Of a DNA stretch of 64,000 nt, positions 1-9,231 are shown in pieces. Under the pieces are notes generated by a model that made no database searches, was not told the origin of the DNA, and saw only the letters and a program-made list of their open reading frames with translations. Position numbers and translations under genes: made by a program. Source of the DNA: Candidatus Binatia bacterium (GTDB lineage Bacteria > Desulfobacterota > Binatia > UBA9968 > JAJDTQ01); the NCBI GenBank assembly GCA_963666515.2, contig OY762897.2, positions 2,848,001 through 2,912,000 of the forward strand. The letters run 5' to 3'. How positions within the stretch are numbered: the stretch's first letter is position 1; each line of letters opens with the position of its first letter.

Positions 1-2327
1 GGGAACTCGAAGTCCGGCACCGTGGGCTCCTTGAGCCGCTGGTCCAGCGCCCGCAGGATCTTGTCCGGGGTGACCGGTATCTCGTGGATGCGCACGCCCA
101 CGGCGTCGTACACCGCGTTGGACACCGCGGGGATGACCGGCAGCAACGGGCCCTGGCCGGCCTCCTTGGCGCCGAAGGGACCCTCGGGGTCATCGGTCTC
201 CACCAGGATGGTCTCGATGGGCGGCGTCTCCAGCGTGGTGGGGCTCTTGTATTCGAGGATGGAGGGTATCTTGTGCACGCCCGACTTGCGGAACACCTGT
301 TCCTCCATCAGCACCTCGCCCAGGGCCATGTACACGCTCCCCTCCACCTGCCCCTGGACCCACAACGGGTTGAAGGCGCGGCCGCAGTCGTGGGCGATCC
401 ACACCTTGTCGATGCGGATTTCGCCGGTGTCGGGGTCGCAGTGCAACTCCACCACCGCGGCGGAGTAGCTGTAGGCCGGGGTGGGTCCGACGCCGGCGCC
501 CTTGTAGTCTCCCGGATGGCGGGGCGGCCGGTAGCTGCCGGTGGCTCCCAGCGTGCCGAAGCGGGTCTCCGCCCGCTCGACGCACTCGGCGAAGGCCAGG
601 CCCCGGTCCGGCAGGCTGCGGCTGCGCACCTGCCCTTCCTCCATCTCCAGGTCGTCGTCGGGCACCTCCAGGACTTCCGAGGCCACCTCGAACAGCCGCT
701 CCTTGAGGTTGCCGCAGGCCTGGATGGCGGCGTTGCCGGTCATGACCGTGACCCGGCTCGAATAGCTGCCCAGGTCCACCGGCGTGAGGTCGGTGTCCGC
801 GGTCACCACCCGCACGTCCTCGGGCCGGAGCCCCAGTTCCTCCGCCACCGCGAAGGCCAGGATGGAATCGGAGCCCTGGCCGATCTCGGTGGAGCCGCAG
901 AAGACGGTGACGCCGCCGCCCCGGTCGGCGCGGAGCTGGACCCCCGAGTGGGGCATGTCGTTCCAGTAGATGGGCAGGCCGGCGCCGCTGATGTAGGAGC
1001 TGGCGGCGAAGCCGACGCCGTGCCCCGGCGGCAACCGGCGATGCTTCTCCTTCCAGCCGGAGGCCGCGGCCACCTTCTCGATGCATTCCCGGAGCCCGAT
1101 GGTGCTGACCCGGAGGCCGTTGACCGTGACCGTGTCGGGCTCCACCACCTGCCTGAGCCGCATGTCCACCGGGTCGAGGCCGAGCTTGTCGGCGATCTCG
1201 TCGAGCTGCACCTCCATGGCGAACCGGGGCTGGGGGGTGCCGTGGCCGCGCTTGGGGCCGCAGGGAGGCTTGTTGGTGAACACCCGCACGCCCTCGAACT
1301 TGTAGGCGGGCAGGTCGTAGGTCACGGTCTGCAGCGCGCCGGTGTAGTAGACGGTGGCCAGGCCGTAGCTGCTGTAGCCGCCGCCGTCGAGGAAGGAACG
1401 GAACCACATGGCCTTGAGGGTGCCGTCGCGCTTGACCCCGGTGCGCATCCACATCTTTACCGGGTGCCGCCCCCGGTGCACGTAGAACGACTCCTCCCGG
1501 TTGAGGGTGATCTTCACCGGCCGGCCGGTGATCATGGCCAGCTTGGCCACCGCGATCTCGTGGGAGAACGGGTCGCTCTTGCCGCCGAAGCCGCCCCCCA
1601 CCGGGGTGGCGACGACCCGGATGTGCCCCATGGGCAGGTCCAGGACCCTGGACAGGGCGCGGTGCACGTAGTGGGGCGTCTGGGTGGACGACCACAGCGT
1701 GAGCTTGCCGTCCGGCGTATAGGTCGCCAGCGCGCAGTACTGCTCCATGGGCAGGTGTGTGTTGCCCTGGAAGAAGTACGTCCCCTCGAATACCTCGTCC
1801 GCCTCCTCGAAGCCGGCGTCCACCTCGCCGAACTCGAAGGAGACCGCCTTCTGGATGTTGGCCCTGCGGTTCCAGGTGTGGATGCGGTGGTCCTCTGCTT
1901 CCAGGGCGCCCTCGATGGACAGGATGGGGTCGAGCACCTGGTAGTCGACGTCGATGAGCCGCAACGCCTCCTCGGCCGCGTCCTCGCTGACCGCCGCCAC
2001 CGCGGCCACCGGGTCGCCGACGTAGCGCACCTTGTCCACCGCCAGCGCCTCCTCGTCCTGGGTGGAGGGCATGATGCCGAACTTGGTGGGAACGTCCGCG
2101 CCGGTGATGACGGCGAGGACGCCCGGAAGCTCCAGCGCCCTCCGCATCGAGACGTCGTGAATCAGCGCGTGGGGATGCGGGCTCCGCAGCAGCCGGCAGA
2201 ACAGCATGCGCGGCAGCACCATGTCGTCCGCGTAGCGCGTGTCGCCGGCACACTTGGCCGGACCGTCGATGCGCGGCAGAGGCTTGCCGATGACCGAGAA
2301 CCCGTTCTTCTTCCCGTTCTTGCTCAT
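1..2327 (-). CDS. Xanthine dehydrogenase family molybdopterin-binding subunit, 4-hydroxybenzoyl-CoA reductase alpha (HcrA)-like; 3' end runs off the window
   Basis: Not in the ORF track because there is no stop in the window. Translated from ATG 2327: MSKNGKKNGFSVIGKPLPRIDG..RYADDM..LRSPHPHA..STQTPHY..GGGFGGK..HRGRHP..GPFGAKEAGQG. ATGA overlap with the upstream 2Fe-2S gene. Confidence 0.9.
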   Translation of the reverse strand, partial: MSKNGKKNGFSVIGKPLPRIDGPAKCAGDTRYADDMVLPRMLFCRLLRSPHPHALIHDVSMRRALELPGVLAVITGADVPTKFGIMPSTQDEEALAVDKVRYVGDPVAAVAAVSEDAAEEALRLIDVDYQVLDPILSIEGALEAEDHRIHTWNRRANIQKAVSFEFGEVDAGFEEADEVFEGTYFFQGNTHLPMEQYCALATYTPDGKLTLWSSTQTPHYVHRALSRVLDLPMGHIRVVATPVGGGFGGKSDPFSHEIAVAKLAMITGRPVKITLNREESFYVHRGRHPVKMWMRTGVKRDGTLKAMWFRSFLDGGGYSSYGLATVYYTGALQTVTYDLPAYKFEGVRVFTNKPPCGPKRGHGTPQPRFAMEVQLDEIADKLGLDPVDMRLRQVVEPDTVTVNGLRVSTIGLRECIEKVAAASGWKEKHRRLPPGHGVGFAASSYISGAGLPIYWNDMPHSGVQLRADRGGGVTVFCGSTEIGQGSDSILAFAVAEELGLRPEDVRVVTADTDLTPVDLGSYSSRVTVMTGNAAIQACGNLKERLFEVASEVLEVPDDDLEMEEGQVRSRSLPDRGLAFAECVERAETRFGTLGATGSYRPPRHPGDYKGAGVGPTPAYSYSAAVVELHCDPDTGEIRIDKVWIAHDCGRAFNPLWVQGQVEGSVYMALGEVLMEEQVFRKSGVHKIPSILEYKSPTTLETPPIETILVETDDPEGPFGAKEAGQGPLLPVIPAVSNAVYDAVGVRIHEIPVTPDKILRALDQRLKEPTVPDFEF

Positions 2328-2830
2328 GTCGGCTGCGACCCATTCATTTCGGTAACGGCTTGCTCCACCGCCTCGATGATCTTGGTATAGCCGGTGCAGC
2401 GGCACAGGTTCCCCGACAGCGCCTCCTCGATGTCCGCCCGGGCCGGGTCCGGCTGCTTGTCCAGCAGCGCCTTGGCCGCCAGCAGGATGCCGGGGATGCA
2501 GTAGCCGCACTGGGCGGCGCTCAGGTCCGAGAACGCCCGCTGCAAGGGATGCGGCCGGCCTCCTTGCGCCAACCCCTCGACGGTGGTGATCTCCGGGCCC
2601 TCGGCCTCCACGGCCAGCATCAGGCACGAGTAGACGGGCTCGCCGTCCACCAGCACCGTGCAGGTGCCGCACTCGCCCAGCTCGCAGCCGTGCTTGGTGC
2701 CGGTGAGGCCCATCTCTTCCCGAAGCACCTCCAGCAGGCTGTGGGTGACGTGGCCCGCCACCTCGTGCTCCTCGCCGTTGACCCGCAGGCGCAGCAGCCG
2801 CTTGCCGGTGATGGTCTCGCTTTGGGACAT
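2324..2830 (-). CDS. (2Fe-2S)-binding small subunit (CoxS/HcrC/XdhC family)
   Basis: GTKHGCELGECGTCTV, YSCL, QCGYC, GNLCRCTGY motifs. Start is ATG 2830 or TTG 2842. Confidence 0.93.
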   Translation of the reverse strand: MSQSETITGKRLLRLRVNGEEHEVAGHVTHSLLEVLREEMGLTGTKHGCELGECGTCTVLVDGEPVYSCLMLAVEAEGPEITTVEGLAQGGRPHPLQRAFSDLSAAQCGYCIPGILLAAKALLDKQPDPARADIEEALSGNLCRCTGYTKIIEAVEQAVTEMNGSQPT

Positions 2831-2838
2831 CGCGTCGC

Positions 2839-4155
2839 TCAATTCCGAAAGAACCTCCTGGCCTTCAGCTCGAAACGGGGCAGGGTCTCCGGCGCCGCCA
2901 CCTCCACCACCGGGCGGATGTGCAGGTTGTCCCGGACGGCCTCGGTCACGGCCTCCCGGAGCCCCGCCGGCGCCCCGGCCGCGACCGGCTCCACCGTGAT
3001 CTTCAACTCGGCCATCCCATCGGTCTGCACCACGTCCACGCGGAATTCCTCCACCTCGGGGAACCGCCGGACGATGCCTTCCACCGCGCTCGGGAAGACG
3101 TTCACTCCCCGTACCACCACCATATCATCCACGCGGCCCAGGACGCCCCCCTGCAATACCAGCGAGTCGCGCCCGCAAGCGCAGGGGCCGCGCCGGGGCT
3201 CCACCAGGTCGCCGGTGCGGTAGCGGATGACCGGGCTCCCGACCCGGCCCAGGTTCGTCAGCACCAGCTCCCCCCGTGCGCCCTCCGGCAGCGGTCCGCC
3301 GCTACCCACGTCCGCCTGCTCCTCAGGGCCGGTGACCTCGCCCCGGACACCACGGTCCGGCAGCGGGCGCCCGCTCTCCACGTCCACCACCTCGGCGATG
3401 AACTCGTCCTCGTTGACGTGGACTCCTTCCGCCAGGGCGTCGCAGGCGAAGCCGAAGGCGCCCACCTCGGTGGCGCCGGTGTGGTCGAAGCAGCGGGCGC
3501 CCCACGCCTCCTCGATGCGCTGCTTCGTCGACGCGATGCTGGCGCCGGGCTCACCCGCGTGGACCGTTGTCCGCACGGCCGAATCCCGCGCCAGGTCCAT
3601 GCCCGCGCGGCGCGCCTCCGCCGCCATGTGCAACGCGTACGTGGGGGTGCACACCAGCACGGTGGCGCCGTACTCCACGAGGCTCTTGAGCCGCTGCTGC
3701 GTGGACTGCCCGCCGCCGGAGACGGCCAAGGCGCCCACCTTGCGGGCGCCTTCCCAGCCGCTCCAGAACCCTATGAACGGCCCGAAGGAGAACGCGAAGA
3801 AGATCCGGTCCGCGGGCCCCACCCCGGCCGCTTCCAGCACCGCTTTCCAGCACTCGCCCCACCAGTCCCAAGACGCCTCGGTATCGAGCCAGTACATGGG
3901 CCGCCCGGTGGTCCCCGAGGTCTGGTGCACGCGCACGTAGCGCTCCGGCGGATAGGTCAGGTCGCTGCCGAACGGCGGGCGCCCGAGCTGGTCGTCCACC
4001 AGCTCCTGCTTGGTGGTGAACGGCAGCTCCGAGAACCGTTGCAGCCCCTCCAGGGGCCGTTCGACGCACCCTTCGAGCTTGCGGCGATAGAACGCGTTGG
4101 TGCGGAGCACCTCGTCGAGCATGCCGTTGAGCCTGTCCAACCGGGCGCGTTCCAT
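2839..4155 (-). CDS. Phenylacetate-CoA ligase (PaaK)-like AMP-binding enzyme
   Basis: LPFTTKQEL, QTSGTTGRP, DHTGATEVG, RYRTGD, GRVDDM..RGVNVFP motifs. Start MERARL inferred. Confidence 0.88.
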   Translation of the reverse strand: MERARLDRLNGMLDEVLRTNAFYRRKLEGCVERPLEGLQRFSELPFTTKQELVDDQLGRPPFGSDLTYPPERYVRVHQTSGTTGRPMYWLDTEASWDWWGECWKAVLEAAGVGPADRIFFAFSFGPFIGFWSGWEGARKVGALAVSGGGQSTQQRLKSLVEYGATVLVCTPTYALHMAAEARRAGMDLARDSAVRTTVHAGEPGASIASTKQRIEEAWGARCFDHTGATEVGAFGFACDALAEGVHVNEDEFIAEVVDVESGRPLPDRGVRGEVTGPEEQADVGSGGPLPEGARGELVLTNLGRVGSPVIRYRTGDLVEPRRGPCACGRDSLVLQGGVLGRVDDMVVVRGVNVFPSAVEGIVRRFPEVEEFRVDVVQTDGMAELKITVEPVAAGAPAGLREAVTEAVRDNLHIRPVVEVAAPETLPRFELKARRFFRN

Positions 4156-4186
4156 CGTCCCGTCAACTTTGACACGGAACGCGGAT

Positions 4187-5101
4187 TCAGCCAAGGCGCA
4201 GTCCGGGACGGAGACCCGCGGCGCCGGCGTATTCGGCGGCGGCGACCTTGACGCGGGAATCATGCGCCCTCACCCGCTGCACCCGCACGCTCGCCCCGCC
4301 CGCGGCCACCGCCATGCCGGCGTCCGAGAGGTCGAGGATCTCTCCGGGAGCGCCCTTGTCCGCGGCCAACCGGCTGCCGTAGAGCTTGAGCCGGTTGCCG
4401 CCGACGGTGGTCCAGGCGCCGGGCTGCGGGTCGGTGCCGCAGATGAGGCGGTGCACCTCCTCGGCCGGCCTGGACCAGTCCACCTCGGCGTCCGCCTCGC
4501 CGCACCAGCTCTCGTAGGTTGCCCGGCCGTGGTCCTGCGCGATGCGCGGCGCGGCGCCGGCGCGCACCAGTTCCACCGCCTCGGCCATCGCATCGACGCC
4601 CATGGGGAACAGCTTGCCGAAGTAGAGGCTGCCCACGGTATCGTCCTCGGCGATTTCCACCTCCTTCTGCAGCAGGATCGGACCCTCGTCCAGGCCCTCG
4701 TCCGGCCAGAAGATGGTGAGCCCGGTCTTCTCGTCTCCCATGATGCGCGCCCAGTTGATGGAGCTGGGGCCGCGGTGCAGCGGCAACAGCGAGGGATGGT
4801 ACTGGATCGTGCCCAGCGCGGGCGCGTCCAGCACCCGCCGCGGCACCAGCAGCGTCACGTAGGCCATGACGCACAGGTCGGGTTGGAACGACTCTATCAG
4901 GGCCAGCGCTTCGTCCGTCTTCCAGGTCGCCGGCTGGCGCACCGGCAGCCCGCGCTCCAGCGCCGCTTCCTTGAGCGGGTCCACGGGCCGGCCCTCGTGG
5001 TCCTGCGGACAGAAGACGCCCACCACCTCGTCCGGACCCGACTCCAGCCGTTCCAACACGGCCTTGCCGAACGCCTGTTGCCCGTGGATCAGAATACGCA
5101 T
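4187..5101 (-). CDS. Formyltransferase family protein (Fmt / 10-formyl-THF hydrolase-like)
   Basis: MRILIHGQQAFG, YHPSLLPLHRGPSSINW, GLTIFWPDEGLDEG, and a C-terminal DPQPGAW motif. Confidence 0.85.
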   Translation of the reverse strand: MRILIHGQQAFGKAVLERLESGPDEVVGVFCPQDHEGRPVDPLKEAALERGLPVRQPATWKTDEALALIESFQPDLCVMAYVTLLVPRRVLDAPALGTIQYHPSLLPLHRGPSSINWARIMGDEKTGLTIFWPDEGLDEGPILLQKEVEIAEDDTVGSLYFGKLFPMGVDAMAEAVELVRAGAAPRIAQDHGRATYESWCGEADAEVDWSRPAEEVHRLICGTDPQPGAWTTVGGNRLKLYGSRLAADKGAPGEILDLSDAGMAVAAGGASVRVQRVRAHDSRVKVAAAEYAGAAGLRPGLRLG

Positions 5102-5379
5102 CGGTTCTCCTGTAATACTTGCTTGACACACAGGCCGTCCTTTCCTAGTCTCAATCCTGAACACTCCCGCAGAAGGTCCGTGCGTCGGGCCTTCCGCCAA
5201 ATACAACAGCCCGATCTGGCAATGGGTAGCTCCCGGCGCTTGGGTGAATAAGCGGAAACATCAAACACCTTCTGTGGGATGTGTTCAATGGCCCGGCAAT
5301 CCCGCCGCGCCGAAACACAACGCCGGACCACAAGCCGGCCGCCCCTTCACGTGTCCCTGACCGAGAAAGGAGACGCTGA

Positions 5380-5661
5380 ATGGCTCAGGGAGACGACATG
5401 GCTCAGGAGACGATCAGCCCGGAGCAAGAATCGCGGCAATTCCCCGTAATCGTTCATCTCGCAGGTTGGGAGGTGGTGGCAAGGGAAGAAAACCCGGGAC
5501 GATCCACCGACCATCTCCTCGTACTGGAGTATGATCCCGACCGGATTGTCCGGCATCCGATCGTACGCATTGGAAACCGGACGGCTTTCGCCGCCGATCG
5601 TGAGACTCTCCTGGAAATGGCCCGCCACATCTTGCGCACGCTGGATCCCGGGGCTCGTTGA
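5380..5661 (+). CDS. Hypothetical protein
   Basis: AAGGAG RBS before ATG 5380 (alternative ATG 5398). Natural-looking composition, no recognised motif. Confidence 0.55.
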   Translation: MAQGDDMAQETISPEQESRQFPVIVHLAGWEVVAREENPGRSTDHLLVLEYDPDRIVRHPIVRIGNRTAFAADRETLLEMARHILRTLDPGAR

Positions 5662-5753
5662 CACCATCGAACCGCTCTGGTATCGGCGTATCATGGACCG
5701 CCAAGGGTCCGTTCCGCAGGATTCCAGGCCTGACGACTTGCAGGAGGTGACCG

Positions 5754-6794
5754 ATGGACAGACATGAACCGCGCGGGGTCGTGCATTGGATCGATCATTT
5801 CATCGTGGGCACCAACGACATGGTGACCTGGGTGGACTGGGCGGTGAACGCCACCGGCATCACCCGGCGGCCGATCCGCGGCATCACCACCAAGGCGCGC
5901 AAGAAGGACGTGCCGATCATGTGCTTCCTGTGGTGGGACGGCGAGTCGTGCCGCATCGGCGCGTTCCTCCAGCCGGAGGTCTATCCGACCGCCAAGCCGC
6001 TGGGCGAGGAGCTGCCGCGGTGCGGCTTCTACATCCGGCCCGAGGACGTGGACCGACACCTCAAGCGGCTCGAACGCCACGACATCCCCCACACCGACCC
6101 GGTACGGACCGCGGACGGCGGCGACGAGGGCACGGTGATCTACTTCGCCGACCCCGACGGCAACCAGTTCGAGTTCTGGGCGCCGGAGCACATGCCCGAA
6201 GGCGCCATGGAGATATGCACCTCGGAAGGCGTCGGCCGCATCAGCCACGCGGTGTACGGCTCCCGGGACCTCGGCCGCACCGCCGACTTCTTCGGCAGGT
6301 ATTGCGCCCTGGAACCCGAGGTGAACCCCAACGTCGCCGAGGGCAACCTGGTGCTGCGGCTTCAAGCCGGCGGCCGGCTCATCTACAAGCTCACGGAGCA
6401 GGTGGACGAACGCGTGGCCGGGCACGGCCCCTGGTGGGACATGCACACGGCGCTGACGGTGCGGGCGGAGGAGTTCATGCCCAACTACCGGCGCATGTGG
6501 GAGACCCTGCCCGAGGAAGCCATGGCCAAGGAAGAGGACACCCTGACCCTGGAGGAAGAGGACGCGCTGCCGGCGCGCACCGGCCTGCACCGGAGCCCGG
6601 TGGGCTACCGCTGGAAGGCCATGTTCGAGCGCGGCGACGAGTTCTACGACTGGGACGGCCACGCCTTCCACTTCTTCGGCGGCAAGCCCGTGAAGGACGA
6701 CGGCTCGCTGGCCCTCTACACCATCGTAGAGCAGGAAGACTACCTCACCGACGTCGCCGTCGAGGCCGAGAAGGCCCAGGCCGCCCAAGGCTGA
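5754..6794 (+). CDS. Two-domain VOC (glyoxalase / extradiol dioxygenase fold) protein
   Basis: GGAGG RBS; IDHFIV..YFADPDGNQFEF and ISHAVY..HTAL..FYDWDGHAFHF repeated modules. Confidence 0.8.
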   Translation: MDRHEPRGVVHWIDHFIVGTNDMVTWVDWAVNATGITRRPIRGITTKARKKDVPIMCFLWWDGESCRIGAFLQPEVYPTAKPLGEELPRCGFYIRPEDVDRHLKRLERHDIPHTDPVRTADGGDEGTVIYFADPDGNQFEFWAPEHMPEGAMEICTSEGVGRISHAVYGSRDLGRTADFFGRYCALEPEVNPNVAEGNLVLRLQAGGRLIYKLTEQVDERVAGHGPWWDMHTALTVRAEEFMPNYRRMWETLPEEAMAKEEDTLTLEEEDALPARTGLHRSPVGYRWKAMFERGDEFYDWDGHAFHFFGGKPVKDDGSLALYTIVEQEDYLTDVAVEAEKAQAAQG

Positions 6795-6819
6795 CGGCTG
6801 TTTCAGCGAGGAGGTTTTC

Positions 6820-7704
6820 ATGGAAGTGGTCAAGGTCGACTTCAACAACACCAAGGGGATCCCGCCGTCGGGTCTGTGCGTGGGCGTGCACCGCGCCGGG
6901 GCCATGCACCAGAAGATGGTGCAGAAATACGGCAACGGCATCGCCGTCTGGTCCCTGCGGCCCGAGAACGACTTCATCGCCTTCAAGTCGCTGGAAGACG
7001 AGGAGGGCATCCGCTCCACCAACGACATGGACTCCATCAAGGACGAGAAGCTCATCTACGGCGTGCGCGGCGCGCCGCCGGAGATCCGCAGGCAGGCGAA
7101 GGAGCAGGGCCTGGAGCTTCTGGCCGACGCCACCTGCCCGTTCGTGGTGCAGCAGGAGGAAGCCGAGTTGGAGCTGCTGGACCAGGGCTGCCACCTGGTG
7201 ATCCTGAGCAGCCGCACGCACCACGGCATCCCGCGCCTCATGGGCATCGCCAGGGAGAAGGAGCGGGAGGTGTTCATCGTCGAGACCGAAGAGGACGTGG
7301 CCGACATCCGCCTCACCCGCTTCGAGCCCGTGGGCGTCATCGTCCAGACCACCTTCTGGATGGAGAGCTACACCAAGATCATGACCCGCATCCTGGAGCG
7401 CTTCGCCAACGTGCGCATCCGCAACACCGCCTGCATCGACTCGTTGCAGCGGCTGCCCAAGGTGGAAGAGCTGGCGCGTGACGTGGAGGCGGTGGTCATC
7501 TTCGGCTGGACCGAGGGCATGACCAACCGCATGGAGGAAGTGGCGAAGGCCTTCAACGACAACGTCCACCGCATCGAGAAGATCGAGGACCTGGACCGCT
7601 CCTGGTTCACGGGCAAGTCCCGTGTCGGCATCGTCGGCGCCAACGAGACCACCGACGAGCTGGTGGACGAGGCGGTGGAGCGCATCAAGTCCATGGCGGC
7701 GTGA
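6820..7704 (+). CDS. Divergent IspH/LytB-fold [4Fe-4S] protein
   Basis: GLCVGVHRA (C20), DATCPFV (C106), QTT and NTAC (C205) align to IspH; substrate-binding motifs are replaced. GAGGAGG RBS. Confidence 0.8.
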   Translation: MEVVKVDFNNTKGIPPSGLCVGVHRAGAMHQKMVQKYGNGIAVWSLRPENDFIAFKSLEDEEGIRSTNDMDSIKDEKLIYGVRGAPPEIRRQAKEQGLELLADATCPFVVQQEEAELELLDQGCHLVILSSRTHHGIPRLMGIAREKEREVFIVETEEDVADIRLTRFEPVGVIVQTTFWMESYTKIMTRILERFANVRIRNTACIDSLQRLPKVEELARDVEAVVIFGWTEGMTNRMEEVAKAFNDNVHRIEKIEDLDRSWFTGKSRVGIVGANETTDELVDEAVERIKSMAA

Positions 7705-7719
7705 GAGGATCGAACCCAC

Positions 7720-9186
7720 ATGTCCGAAACCGCTACGATGGAAGCCAGGCTGCCTTATCACGACCTCCGCGAATGGATGGCCCGGGCCGAGGCCCTGGGC
7801 GAGTTGCGCACCGTCACGGGCGCGAGCTGGGAGGAAGACATCGGGCTGGCCGCGGACGCGGTGATCCGGGAAGACGACGGGCCGGCGGTGCTCTTCGACG
7901 AGGTGCCCGGCTGTCCCAAGGGGTTCCGTGTCCTGATCAACACGTTCGCCGGCAAGCGCCGCAACATGACGCTGGGGTTTCCCGAACACCTCACCAAGCA
8001 GGAGCTGAGCCAGGCCTTCTTCGACCACTACATCAAGGTGCAGCGGCGGCTGCCGCACGTGGTGGTGGACGACGGGCCGGTGTTCGAGAACGTCCTCACC
8101 GGCGACGACATCGACGTCATGAAGTTTCCCACCCCCAAGTGGCACGCGGACGACGGCGGACGCTACATCGGCACCGGCTGCTTCTGCGTGACCATCGACC
8201 CGGAGGAGCGCTGGATCAACGTCGGCACCTACCGGGCCATGGTGCAGGACCGGAAGTCGGTGAGCCTGCTGTTCGTGCCCGGCAAGCACGCCTACATGCA
8301 CCGCAAGAAGTACTTCGACAAGGGCCAGCCCATGCCGGTGGCCCTGGTGGTGGGCAGCGACCCCATGTCGTTCTTCGTGGGGGGCACGGAGTTCCCCTAC
8401 GGCGTGTGCGAGTTCGACGTCGTCGGCGGGCTGCGCGGCGCCCCGGTGGAGGTGGTGCAGGGCAAGGTCACGGGGCTGCCTTTTCCCGCCAACGCCGAGA
8501 TCGTGCTGGAAGGCTTCCTGACACAGGACAAGCGCGCGGTGGAGGGGCCGTTCGGGGAGTGGACCGGCTACTATGCCGGCGGCGCCAGCGAGCAGCCCAC
8601 CCTGGACATCCGCGCCATCTACCACCGCAACGACCCCGTCATCCTGGGGGTGCCGCCGCTGGGGGCCGGACCCGACGAGATGGCCCGCTACCGCGCCATC
8701 ATGCGCTCGGCCATGCTCAAGCAGGAGCTGGCCAACGCCGGGGTTCCGGACGTGACCCAGGTGTGGTGCCACGAGGTCGGCGCCTCGCGCCTGCTGCACG
8801 GCATCGGCATCAGGCAGCGCTATCCCGGCCACGCCCGGCAGGCGGGCACGCTGGCCTCCACCTGCGGATCGGTGGTGTACGGCTGCAAGTTCGTCATCGT
8901 GGTGGACGACGACATCGACGTCTCCAACCTCGACCAGTTGATCTGGGCCATGCTCACCCGGTGCGACCCGGAAACCTCCATCGAGATCCTGCGCAAGATG
9001 CGCACCTCCCCCGCCGACCCGCGGGTCACGCCCGAGCAGCGCAGGACCCACGACATCACCAACTCCCGCGTCATCGTCGACGCCTGCCGTCCCTTCGAGT
9101 GGTTCGACAAGTATCCCAAGGTCAACGCGCCCAGCCCCGAGGTGGTCCGCAAGGCCCATGAGAAATTCGGCTACCTGCTGGAGTGA
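7720..9186 (+). CDS. UbiD family (prFMN-dependent) decarboxylase
   Basis: YHDLREW, DGGRYIGT, NVGTYR, AEIVLEG, EGPFGEWTGYY, VVDDDID..WAMLTRCDP, IVDACRP. Confidence 0.92.
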   Translation: MSETATMEARLPYHDLREWMARAEALGELRTVTGASWEEDIGLAADAVIREDDGPAVLFDEVPGCPKGFRVLINTFAGKRRNMTLGFPEHLTKQELSQAFFDHYIKVQRRLPHVVVDDGPVFENVLTGDDIDVMKFPTPKWHADDGGRYIGTGCFCVTIDPEERWINVGTYRAMVQDRKSVSLLFVPGKHAYMHRKKYFDKGQPMPVALVVGSDPMSFFVGGTEFPYGVCEFDVVGGLRGAPVEVVQGKVTGLPFPANAEIVLEGFLTQDKRAVEGPFGEWTGYYAGGASEQPTLDIRAIYHRNDPVILGVPPLGAGPDEMARYRAIMRSAMLKQELANAGVPDVTQVWCHEVGASRLLHGIGIRQRYPGHARQAGTLASTCGSVVYGCKFVIVVDDDIDVSNLDQLIWAMLTRCDPETSIEILRKMRTSPADPRVTPEQRRTHDITNSRVIVDACRPFEWFDKYPKVNAPSPEVVRKAHEKFGYLLE

Positions 9187-9231
9187 GCGCGGCCGCCAGC
9201 GCCCCGTCCGGTTCATTGGGACACTGGACGA

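Noticed and set aside
84-2390. Long antisense or alternate-frame ORFs (e.g. 84..2390, 6745..9669, 12112..14796, 21868..24192, 36572..38899, 60851..62347)
   Set aside because: Shadow ORFs of real genes caused by high-GC codon bias; no motifs.
5102-5379. Intergenic region as a possible riboswitch or ncRNA (also 18348-18582 and 41938-42147)
   Set aside because: No recognisable tRNA or riboswitch consensus by eye; consistent with divergent promoter regions. An Rfam/Infernal scan would be needed to exclude this.
5369-5415. Short tandem ATGGCTCAGG(G)AGACGA duplication at the start of the small hypothetical gene
   Set aside because: Only two ~18-bp units; a local duplication giving alternative starts, not an array.
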